A DNA stretch of 64,000 nucleotides from Spirochaetia bacterium (GTDB taxonomy: Bacteria > Spirochaetota > Spirochaetia > DSM-2461): the NCBI GenBank assembly GCA_963668315.1, contig OY764216.1, positions 4,800,001 through 4,864,000 of the forward strand, in the 5' to 3' direction. The notes under the pieces were generated by a model. It did not search any database, was not told the DNA's origin, and saw nothing but the letters and a program-made list of their open reading frames with translations. A program made the translations under genes and the position numbers. Every line of letters begins with the position of its first letter. Position 1 is the first letter of the stretch. Below, piece after piece: positions 40,698-49,569 of this stretch.

Positions 40698-41340
40698 TTG
40701 ATGAGATACCCCAGGATTTTGCGTTTAAGGAACAGACAACTCTAGAGAGCCTTGAGAATGGAATTAGGGCTATTGAGGGTAATGTAAAGGTTGGCCTTGC
40801 TATTATTGCCGTCAGCCTAGGACGGGTTCGGCGTGAAAAGCTTTATCTGTCGCTCTGCTCCGATTTCAAAACCTACTGCCGTATGGATCGATTTGATATG
40901 TCTTATAACAAGCTGTTACACCTCTCTATTATCGGGGAGAACTGGTGGAATCATCGGCAGGCGCTTCATGATCATAACATCAAACTATCGGAACATATGT
41001 CAAAAGTTCGGCTTCTTACGTCTGACTTGAACGAAACGATCCGGCGCTCTCCCCTTTTCTTTCAACGTTTTAAAGAGTTATCACATAGGGAGTTAAGGAT
41101 ATATTAAAAAAAAGATGTGACAACTTGAACGTTCGCGTTGAACGGGAAGATATCGGAGATGTGACCGCAACTCGGAAGGGATTATATATTGACGGGGTTA
41201 AAGTCCGCGGCTTGGATATGGATGAAGTCAGGGAGCAAATGGCAGCAGGAAAAAGAGCCGTAGTTATCTGGGTGAAGGATGATGGAGAGGCGCGAAAGAT
41301 CAGGAGATATATAAGGAACCGGCTTGACTTTTCTATTTAG
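40694..41340 (+). pseudogene. Frameshifted homologue of the integrase-partner gene at 60673-61314
   Basis: Two ORFs align to the N- and C-terminal parts of the element 2 protein; adding one A near 41095 gives RELKDILKKR versus RELKDFIEKRK. Confidence 0.8.
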
Positions 41341-41363
41341 GTGCAGTAATTACTATTTGCACG

Positions 41364-42341
41364 ATGCTTAAAAGATACAAGCTTGCAGATCCAGATGATC
41401 TCTATCGACAACACTTACGAGATAGCCTCAAAGAACGTCTTCCACAAGAAAGAAGAATGAATAGACATGGTAAGTTCTTCTGGGATTCCCCTAATAACAA
41501 TCACTATATTTCCCTTGATGAATTGATAGAGCCTGTCCCCAAAAAGGAACTGTTGGAATTCGAATATCAAAATTTCATGCTTAAAAAATATTTTCATCTA
41601 GATCAGGAAGATAAAGTCCTTCTAATTAACAGGAATATTCAAGCGGCAAAGGACTATTTACTTGATTTAAGGTTTGTCCTTTCATTTCGGGACTCTATTG
41701 ATAAAAAGGAAATCAGAGAAAAATACGAGACTCAACCGGAAGACGATATACTCCGCCTTCAAAAGGTTATGAATTTGCCTGGTGTTGAAGACTTCTATAA
41801 TGCCCTTAATATCCTACCTATGGGGGATGAATACAAAAGGATTCATCAATATATAATGGAAGGGGATTATTATTATTTCTTAAGCTTAGATTTCTTCGAC
41901 GATCTTTCGAAGTTTACCATCATTAATTACGATATTCTTCTCTATGAAGTCTTTAAAATTGATGGGATTCAACCGGAAGAGATAAAAGAGAATGAGTTTC
42001 TTTCAATTCTCAGAAAGCATGTAAGGCAAAAAAAAATGAAGGATGAGTTGAAATTTGACATCTATAAAATATTTAAAAAAGCAGTTGACGATGGACTTTT
42101 TATTCTAGAGGAAGACGATGAAGGCAACATCTATTATGACTTTCAGTTAGGAGTAGGTGCTGCTCGATGGTTCTTCTTTGATGGTGATTTTCATAATTGG
42201 ACAGATTGTACGAACTATGTTAAAAGCAAGGGTAGCAGCCTTCCAGGTACTTTCCGTAGTTCATGTAGTGCAAAGGAACCGAAAGAATATCTTCCAATAC
42301 GAGAAAAATACTTTCCAGAAATTGATAATTCCTTGGAATAA
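41364..42341 (+). CDS. Hypothetical protein (325 aa)
   Basis: Long ORF in AT-rich DNA; no recognised motif. Confidence 0.7.
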   Translation: MLKRYKLADPDDLYRQHLRDSLKERLPQERRMNRHGKFFWDSPNNNHYISLDELIEPVPKKELLEFEYQNFMLKKYFHLDQEDKVLLINRNIQAAKDYLLDLRFVLSFRDSIDKKEIREKYETQPEDDILRLQKVMNLPGVEDFYNALNILPMGDEYKRIHQYIMEGDYYYFLSLDFFDDLSKFTIINYDILLYEVFKIDGIQPEEIKENEFLSILRKHVRQKKMKDELKFDIYKIFKKAVDDGLFILEEDDEGNIYYDFQLGVGAARWFFFDGDFHNWTDCTNYVKSKGSSLPGTFRSSCSAKEPKEYLPIREKYFPEIDNSLE

Positions 42342-42448
42342 TTAAAAATACTACCGCATACTACAAAAAATACTACCTAACTGTATCTTACATATCGCAA
42401 ATAACCAGTTACATTGGATTCATCATTTTTATCCAATAGGAGCTGTTT

Positions 42449-42640
42449 ATGAGCAAGAAACTGTTTGCAACACCAAAAGAAGCCATGGAAAGGCTTTGTA
42501 TCAGTTATTCGACTTTTATCAGAAAGGTTAATGACAAGAGCATCCCATCTGTAAAGATCGGTAACCAGATCCGCATACCACTTTCATATTTCTCTGATCT
42601 GGAAGAAAAAGCTTATGGTAAAATCGGAGGTGACTGTTAA
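42449..42640 (+). CDS. Excisionase-like HTH DNA-binding protein
   Basis: TPKEAMERLCISYSTF...IPSVKIGNQIRIP; RBS AGGAG. Confidence 0.8.
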   Translation: MSKKLFATPKEAMERLCISYSTFIRKVNDKSIPSVKIGNQIRIPLSYFSDLEEKAYGKIGGDC

Positions 42641-42822
42641 TGAATGTCGAACGGTTGCTAGAAGAAATCAATAAGTCTTTTATGGAAGCCTTCACGTCTA
42701 TACCGGAATATGGAACCATCGGTTTCACCGTTCATCTCAGAGAACAGGAACCGGTACGGATTGAGTGGAGCGGAAGTATTTCACATAAGTTACCTCCTAA
42801 GGGGTTGAGGGAGGAAGCGTAA
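42640..42822 (+). CDS. Small hypothetical protein
   Basis: TAATG coupling to the upstream gene; RBS GGAGG. Confidence 0.65.
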   Translation: MNVERLLEEINKSFMEAFTSIPEYGTIGFTVHLREQEPVRIEWSGSISHKLPPKGLREEA

Positions 42823-43608
42823 TTGGCAAATCGTAGAATGTTTAGTAAAGCGATTCTAGATAGTGATCTTTTTTTTGATTTACCCTTTCCGACACAATCT
42901 CTCTATATCCAACTTAATATGAATGCAGATGATGATGGTTTCATAGGGTCACCCCAGAAAATTATCCGAATGGTTGGAGCAGACAAAGACGATATAAAAA
43001 AAATAGTAGATTGTGGGCTACTTATGGATTTCGATAATGGAATATATGCCGTTACACATTGGAACGTTCATAACCAAATCCGTAAAGACCGGCTTACCGA
43101 AACGATTTATCAAAGAGAAAAAGCCATGCTCAAAACTAAAAAGGATGGAACGTATACTTGGAAAAGACGACCAAATGACAACCACCCGTCAACCAACTGT
43201 CCTCCGAGTATAGAAAAGGACAGTTTAGGGGAATATAGTGGAAAAAGGACAGTATTAGAAAATTCTAATAAAGAATATATTAATAAAGAAAAGAATATGT
43301 ACTCCTCCGTAGATGTCCCAATAAACAATAGCAATCTATCTGAAATAACAGACCTCATCAAATTATGGAACTCGAAAAAGAATTTACCTCCTCAAAATGA
43401 GGATATATCTGAGGAAGAACTCGACTTATTATGGGACAATTTAGATTCATATTACATAGAAGAAATCAAAATCGCGATCAAGTATTACAGTTTTATGCTC
43501 GAAGACATCGAATCTAAGGGAGAGGAGATCTATGATGACTTAATCGAGTTCATGGAAAAAGGGCTTGAAAAATTCACTAAAGAGGATCTGCCATCTTTAC
43601 CCGATTAG
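42823..43608 (+). CDS. Phage replication initiator / replisome organiser-like protein
   Basis: N-terminus ANRRMFSK..DSD.F.DLP..TQ.LY..L.M.ADDDGF, then HW..HN.IRKDR. Confidence 0.75.
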   Translation: MANRRMFSKAILDSDLFFDLPFPTQSLYIQLNMNADDDGFIGSPQKIIRMVGADKDDIKKIVDCGLLMDFDNGIYAVTHWNVHNQIRKDRLTETIYQREKAMLKTKKDGTYTWKRRPNDNHPSTNCPPSIEKDSLGEYSGKRTVLENSNKEYINKEKNMYSSVDVPINNSNLSEITDLIKLWNSKKNLPPQNEDISEEELDLLWDNLDSYYIEEIKIAIKYYSFMLEDIESKGEEIYDDLIEFMEKGLEKFTKEDLPSLPD

Positions 43609-43730
43609 GATGTGGGACAATAGCTATTTTGGGACATATGCCCCATGACCTGTACCTCAGGGATAAATGTACTATTACTTAACGGAAAATTATTTTTTAA
43701 TAAATATACTTATATTGAATCCTTCAATTT

Positions 43731-44433
43731 TCAAATCCCCTCAAAGCTCCCCGCTTCCCGTTGCCATCCTGGTGCAGTAGATTTCCAGATTTCGTTCCTT
43801 ACCCTCAGGTCATCCAAGAAATCCTTTTCCAGAGAGGGATTTTTCAGTCCGACTTCGTAGCTGAGCTTGAAGAGACTCCCCATATTCGTCGTTCTAACGC
43901 CGGTCAGACGGGATTTTACCGTATACTGTGCGAAAAGATCATCAAAGGTATCCCGATAGTTCAGATCTTCCGGTATGGTAATAGTGAGCGTTCCCTCCCC
44001 ATCCATCCTGAAGATCTCCCCGAAATTTAGTTTCTCAAGGACAAACAGTCCCCTGATGATGATTCCGGCAAAGATCAGGGCAAAAATGAGATTTCCCGTA
44101 CCGCAGGTTAATCCCAAGGCCATGGAGATGAAGATAGCCATGATTTCACGGCCCGAGTCGGGGACCGAGCGAAAACGCACAAGGGGAGAAGGCTCCCACG
44201 ACGGGAACTCCTGCCCCCAGGGAGCCGTTAACCATCATGAATATGGCGCAGACTACGGGAGGCTGCATGGCTATTGTCAGGGCGAAGGATTTGGTAACGC
44301 TGCTCTTCAATTGAATGATCAGGGAGAAAGCGGTTCCCAGGAGAAGGGCCATGATAAGATTGACCGCATAGGACCCGAAGGATGCCAGGGCTGCCTGATT
44401 CGATTGTGTCAGCATTTCTGTTATTGTATTCAT
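43731..44433 (-). pseudogene. DUF4956 membrane protein pseudogene
   Basis: MMVNGSLGAG...RFRSVP...TIPEDLNY...TTNMGSLF; frameshifts near 44185 and 43790. Confidence 0.75.
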
Positions 44434-44716
44434 TTTGTTTTCCTTTTTTGATTTTTTCAGCAATGGAATCCAAATGAACTTGATACAGAAGCAATAACTC
44501 TATGCGACGTTCACCTTGAGATATTTAACGTTGCGGGGGAATTTTAAAAAAAGGCTCCATAACAGCTCCTTTGTAATTTTATTAATACGAAGATATGAAA
44601 ACATAGAAGATTGGATAGTATTGAACAGTCCTGAACGCTAATGTATACATATGAAACTTAACATTTGTAAAGTAATCGGTTTAATCTTTTTAATTTTTTA
44701 GTCTGAAGTAGATTCA

Positions 44717-44737
44717 TTGTTGCAATCAGCGCAACAA
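44717..44737. promoter_or_regulatory. Inverted-repeat operator candidate
   Basis: TTGTTGC-N7-GCAACAA upstream of the vasI-like/WYL/cas gene run. Confidence 0.4.
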
Positions 44738-44781
44738 AATGGGTTCAACATGGGATATGAGATAATTAAGGAGTGTCCCCT

Positions 44782-45363
44782 ATGAAAAGAATATTGGTTT
44801 TATTCATTCTATCCCTAACGCTGTTATCCGCCCAGGAAGTGACGAGGGATAAGGTTAACCAAATCTATCAAATCCAGGATGACTCGACCCGTCTGGCTTC
44901 TTTTGATCAATGGGCCAAATCCCTTGGTTTGGCAAGGACGAGTATTGAATCCTTAGGAAACTGGTTTGTGGAAGTTGATAGCGATCCTATTGATGATTCC
45001 AAAAAGATTGTTTTTTCCTGTCGTGCTTCGGAAGGAGGGAGTGCATATGATACTCCGACTATAATTATTCGTTGGCAAAATGGTGAATTGGACAGCTACA
45101 TTTATTGGGATGATTATCTGGCGGATAATAGCCAGGTGACATTACGTTTTGATTCTGAAGATGCTTATAAGGAAAGATGGAGTATGAGCACTAATAGCCA
45201 GGCTACTTTTTGTACTAATCCCCAGGCCTTCATCGACAAACTTCTAGTACATGATAGATTAGTTACAAGAATTACTCCTTACAATGAAGGTCCCACTACA
45301 CTTGTCTTTGATATCAGTGGATTAAGGGAAGAAAGCGATGTTTTTCCGGAGTTAGGGTGGTAA
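44782..45363 (+). CDS. Secreted VasI/TagO-like protein
   Basis: Signal peptide; I.DDSTRLASFD; W....DPIDDS; TPYNEGP....FDISGL. Confidence 0.6.
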   Translation: MKRILVLFILSLTLLSAQEVTRDKVNQIYQIQDDSTRLASFDQWAKSLGLARTSIESLGNWFVEVDSDPIDDSKKIVFSCRASEGGSAYDTPTIIIRWQNGELDSYIYWDDYLADNSQVTLRFDSEDAYKERWSMSTNSQATFCTNPQAFIDKLLVHDRLVTRITPYNEGPTTLVFDISGLREESDVFPELGW

Positions 45364-45366
45364 ACG

Positions 45367-45678
45367 ATGTGCCTCTCATGTGAGTGGTTTGATCAGGCTG
45401 ATGAACGGAAAAAGCAATGGGATAGAGAAGGGCTTTCGCTGGACGAAGCGGAGGAGTTGCTAAGTTACTATCATACGACCATATTTCCTGTTGCCTGTGA
45501 GGCTGCTGAATACATAGAAAAGAACTGGACTAGAGATCTGATCGAAAAACTAGACAATGAAAGACAATTGGCATTTCAGGAAATTAAGACAAAACATATT
45601 GATCGTGATTCTCTAGAGGATGAGAATTGGCAATCTGATACCTTAATTATTAAAATACAACTACTTACTGACAAATGA
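45367..45678 (+). CDS. Hypothetical protein (103 aa)
   Basis: ORF tightly packed between its neighbours. Confidence 0.6.
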   Translation: MCLSCEWFDQADERKKQWDREGLSLDEAEELLSYYHTTIFPVACEAAEYIEKNWTRDLIEKLDNERQLAFQEIKTKHIDRDSLEDENWQSDTLIIKIQLLTDK

Positions 45679-45715
45679 ACGAAACGGTTGTAAAATAGTG
45701 AAATAAGGAAAGAAT

Positions 45716-46660
45716 GTGAATAAGCCCGATCGAATTGAGCGGATGAAAAAGATAGAAGAAATCCTCCTGGAAAATAATAAGGGATGGAGTCGTTCAGAAT
45801 TAGCGCGACGGTTTGGAGTTGACCGCTCTACTCTCAAAAGGGATATTGACTATATATTTGAAAAAGATCTATTCCCGATCCGGATAGATGATAACAAAAT
45901 ATATTTGGAAAGCGATTCCTATGTCAGCAATATCCAGATGAACATGCACGAGATGCTGGCTCTTCATCTGGCGACTAGACTGTTGGTAAAAAAGAGCAGT
46001 TTCGCGTCACGTCATTATGCATCGCTCTTAAGAAAAATATCACAATCCTATGCCAATCACTCAGGATTGATCAGCCGGTATATGGCCGATACGGCGGACG
46101 GACTTGATGAACAGGAACAGACTAGGGAACAGCATCGTCGAAACGATAGGTTGGAAGTAATGAATCAAGCATGGACCCAACAGAAGAAGGTGAAGATCTA
46201 TTATCACAGTAAAATAGGGCGTAAGAGCTATGTCCTGGGGATCTATTGCTTTGAACCTTATTCAGAGGGACTTTCTTTACATGTAGTAGGGCTGTGCAAC
46301 GAGGAGGATCATACTCGTAATTTTAAATTCGAGCGGATTGAGTCGGTGAAGATATTGAATGAGAGGTATGAGATCCCAGATAAATTCCGACCCCATGAAT
46401 ACTTTAGGGATGCTTGGGGAATTTGGACCACAGGTAAGGAGCCTGTAACTGTAAAGCTTAAGTTTGATAAGTCTGTAGCGGGACGAGTGAAAGAGAATCG
46501 GTGGCATGTTTCGGATTCGATTGAGATGCAGGTTGATGGTTCCTTGATCTGGACGGCGAGAGTGGCAGAGCCGACTGAGATGTTGCCTTGGATTCGGGGT
46601 TGGGGGGACCAGGTTGAGGTTTTGAAACCCATGGGGCTCCTGAATTATGGGGGGGATTGA
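45716..46660 (+). CDS. HTH-WYL-WCX transcriptional regulator
   Basis: N-terminal HTH (ELARRFGVDRSTLKRDI), RNFKFERI, WIRGWGDQVEVLKP. Confidence 0.9.
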   Translation: MNKPDRIERMKKIEEILLENNKGWSRSELARRFGVDRSTLKRDIDYIFEKDLFPIRIDDNKIYLESDSYVSNIQMNMHEMLALHLATRLLVKKSSFASRHYASLLRKISQSYANHSGLISRYMADTADGLDEQEQTREQHRRNDRLEVMNQAWTQQKKVKIYYHSKIGRKSYVLGIYCFEPYSEGLSLHVVGLCNEEDHTRNFKFERIESVKILNERYEIPDKFRPHEYFRDAWGIWTTGKEPVTVKLKFDKSVAGRVKENRWHVSDSIEMQVDGSLIWTARVAEPTEMLPWIRGWGDQVEVLKPMGLLNYGGD

Positions 46661-48895
46661 ATGGGAAAGTATATTGCTCATGTTAAGGAAAGCGATGGGG
46701 AGTGGAGCGTTCAGTCTCTGCGGGATCATCTTAAAAATGTCGCTGAAATAGCTTCCGATTTTGCCAAGTCCTTCTCTAATGACGACTGGGTGCGAGCCGC
46801 CGGAATCCTTCACGACATTGGTAAGAGCAGTAAGGAGTGGCAGGAATACATTTCCAATAGGAGCGGTTATTCGGATGCTCCCGTTACGGAAACCTCTTTT
46901 GGTAAAGTAACCCACTCTACTCATGGCGCGGCATGGGCATTCAAGGAATGGCCTGACATTGGAAAAGTAATAGCCTATCTGATTGCCGGACATCACGGCG
47001 GGCTACCCGATTGGTTCCATGAAATGAGAGTGGGTGGAGGCTTGGAACATCGGCTAAAGAAAGAGGAGATCGATAAACTTCCTGAAGTAGCTGAGGATAT
47101 TACCGATTATGTGAATCATCACTTGAAAAAACCTAATAGCCTTCCCTGCGATAGTCAACTTGAATCAGAGCAGATTCATCTTTGGATCAGAATGCTTTAC
47201 TCCTGTTTGGTTGACGCCGATTTTCTTGATACGGAAGAGTTTATGAATCCTGAAAACGGAAGTCTAAGAAACGGATATCTTTCAATAAATGAACTGAAAA
47301 GCCAGTTCGATGCCTATATGGATTCTCTCAAAAAAGATTCAAGATTATCCCAGGTAAATAACATTAGAGAGGAGATTTTGAGTCAGTGTAGAAAGACCGC
47401 AGAAGAGACTCCCGGCTTGTTTTCCCTAACCGTACCAACCGGAGGAGGAAAAACACTCTCCTCCATGGCATTCGCCCTTGACCATGCGTTGAAACACCGG
47501 AAAGACCGTATCATTATGGTTATCCCCTACACCAGCATCATCGAACAGACGGCAGAGGTGTATAAAAGAATATTCGGAATAGAGAATGTTCTCGAACACC
47601 ACTCCTCTTTGGATCCTTCTGAGGAAACACAAAGAAGCCGCTTGGCCTCTGAAAACTGGGATGCCCCCATCATCGTCACAACAAGCGTACGTTTCTTTGA
47701 ATCCCTTTTTGCAGCTAAACCATCGTCTTGCAGAAGACTTCACAACATCGTGAACAGCGTAGTAATTCTTGATGAGGCTCAAATGCTTCCTACTAATTAT
47801 CTGAAACCCATTCTTTACAGTATCAAAGGATTGATTTCACTTTTTAAGGTGACCATGGTCTTATGTACGGCAACTCAGCCAGCCATTAGGGACAAGATAT
47901 TTACAAAGGGCAATGGCGAACACTATTCTCTGTTGGATGATATACCCTGTCGGGAGATGATGGTAAAGCCGACGCCCCTGGAGCTGACAAGTAAACTGCA
48001 GCGTGTCACGATCGAAACCTTGGAAAAGCCAATCTCTGATTGGTACGAGGTGGCAGAAAAACTTACCTGTTTTCACTCAGTACTATGCGTCGTTAATACC
48101 AGGAAAGATTGCCGCGAACTTTTTGAACTCATGCCTGAAGGGACGCTACATCTCTCGGCCAATATGTGCGGAGAACACAGAAGCGAAACGATTGATCTGA
48201 TCAAGCAACGATTGGAAAGGAATGAGTCGGTGCGAGTTATCAGCACACAGCTGGTAGAGGCGGGAGTCGATTTTGATTTTCCCGTGGTATTTCGCGCCAT
48301 GGCGGGTTTTGATTCCATAGCCCAGGCGGCCGGACGTTGCAACAGAGAAGGATTGTTACCGGAGAAGGGCAAGGTTTTTGTATTTGAACCGCCAAATCAA
48401 CCGCCCGCAGGCAGTTTGCGTAAGGGTGCTCAAACGGGTCGGGAAATTTTATCGGTGGATTCGGAAGGATGTCGCGATCTATTGCCGGATACAGTGAAAC
48501 GGTACTTTCAGCTCTATTACTCGGGACTTCTGACCTTTGATTCCAAAGAAATTGTTGATCTTTTATCATCCAATGTCCATCCCGATTTAAACATCCAGTT
48601 TAGAACGGCGGCAGAAAGGTTCCGGATGATTGATGATCAGTATCAGCAATCGGTTGTTATCTGGTATGAAGGAGAGAAAGCCAACAGTTTTGACTTAATT
48701 GATGAACTTAGAAGATTTGGTCCTAAAAGGGAAATAATGCGAAAACTGCAACGTTTCACCATTACTATTCCTAAGTATGTGTTTGAAGAAATTCAAGATT
48801 CATTTGAATCGATTCACGATATCTGGTGTCAATATACAGATTCTGCTTATGACGAGGTCCTGGGCTTTGTTGATAATACATCATCCGTGTTATGA
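46661..48895 (+). CDS. cas3: Cas3 HD nuclease-helicase
   Basis: LHDIGK, GHHGGL, LVDADFLDT, PTGGGKT, ILDEAQ, QAAGRCNR. Confidence 0.97.
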   Translation: MGKYIAHVKESDGEWSVQSLRDHLKNVAEIASDFAKSFSNDDWVRAAGILHDIGKSSKEWQEYISNRSGYSDAPVTETSFGKVTHSTHGAAWAFKEWPDIGKVIAYLIAGHHGGLPDWFHEMRVGGGLEHRLKKEEIDKLPEVAEDITDYVNHHLKKPNSLPCDSQLESEQIHLWIRMLYSCLVDADFLDTEEFMNPENGSLRNGYLSINELKSQFDAYMDSLKKDSRLSQVNNIREEILSQCRKTAEETPGLFSLTVPTGGGKTLSSMAFALDHALKHRKDRIIMVIPYTSIIEQTAEVYKRIFGIENVLEHHSSLDPSEETQRSRLASENWDAPIIVTTSVRFFESLFAAKPSSCRRLHNIVNSVVILDEAQMLPTNYLKPILYSIKGLISLFKVTMVLCTATQPAIRDKIFTKGNGEHYSLLDDIPCREMMVKPTPLELTSKLQRVTIETLEKPISDWYEVAEKLTCFHSVLCVVNTRKDCRELFELMPEGTLHLSANMCGEHRSETIDLIKQRLERNESVRVISTQLVEAGVDFDFPVVFRAMAGFDSIAQAAGRCNREGLLPEKGKVFVFEPPNQPPAGSLRKGAQTGREILSVDSEGCRDLLPDTVKRYFQLYYSGLLTFDSKEIVDLLSSNVHPDLNIQFRTAAERFRMIDDQYQQSVVIWYEGEKANSFDLIDELRRFGPKREIMRKLQRFTITIPKYVFEEIQDSFESIHDIWCQYTDSAYDEVLGFVDNTSSVL

Positions 48896-48906
48896 AAGGA
48901 GGAGAA

Positions 48907-49569
48907 GTGGATAATAAGAACAAGCTATTCTGTCTGGAAGTATGGGGCGATTTTGCCTGCTTTACCCGTCCTGAGATGAAGGTGGAAAGGGTGAGTTACG
49001 ATGTGATCACCCCTTCCGCCGCCCGAGCCATATTCGAAGCAATCTTCTGGAAACCGGCCATACGCTGGCATGTCAGAAAAATTGAGATACTCTCTCCCAT
49101 AAAGACTATTTCGATCCGGAGAAATGAAGTAGGTACAACAGCGGGAACTGGACGAAAGAAAGAAATCTTTGTGGAGGAACACCGTCAGCAAAAGGCGGGA
49201 ATATTACTACGAGATGTGCGATACAGAATTTACAGTAGGATGGAGTTTCTTAACACCAATCCGGGGAATGGGGATGAAAGTCCCGGCAAATATCTGGCCA
49301 TGTTCGAGCGCAGGGCAAAAAAAGGTCAGTGCTTCAATCAGCCCTATTTAGGATGTCGCGAATTTTCTGCCGGATTCGAGTTCATAGAAGATCATGATTC
49401 GTATAAGCCGGGTTTTGCTCCCATTGATGACTCCCGTGATTTAGGCTTCATGCTTTATGACATGGATTTTACAGATAGTGAAGATATCAAACCGACATTT
49501 TATCGCCCAACTCTGGAGCGAGGCATTATTAAGGTGCCCTCTTGGGATAGCGAGGAGGTACGCCAATGA
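48907..49569 (+). CDS. cas5c: Cas5c (type I-C)
   Basis: GDFACFTRPEMKVERVSYDVITPSAAR, PYLGCREF. Confidence 0.97.
   Translation: MDNKNKLFCLEVWGDFACFTRPEMKVERVSYDVITPSAARAIFEAIFWKPAIRWHVRKIEILSPIKTISIRRNEVGTTAGTGRKKEIFVEEHRQQKAGILLRDVRYRIYSRMEFLNTNPGNGDESPGKYLAMFERRAKKGQCFNQPYLGCREFSAGFEFIEDHDSYKPGFAPIDDSRDLGFMLYDMDFTDSEDIKPTFYRPTLERGIIKVPSWDSEEVRQ

Noticed and set aside
39369..43608. Complete prophage
   Set aside because: No structural, packaging or lysis genes lie between the att sites.
44782..45363. Type VI secretion system
   Set aside because: Only a lone VasI/TagO-like gene is present; no core tss genes in the window.
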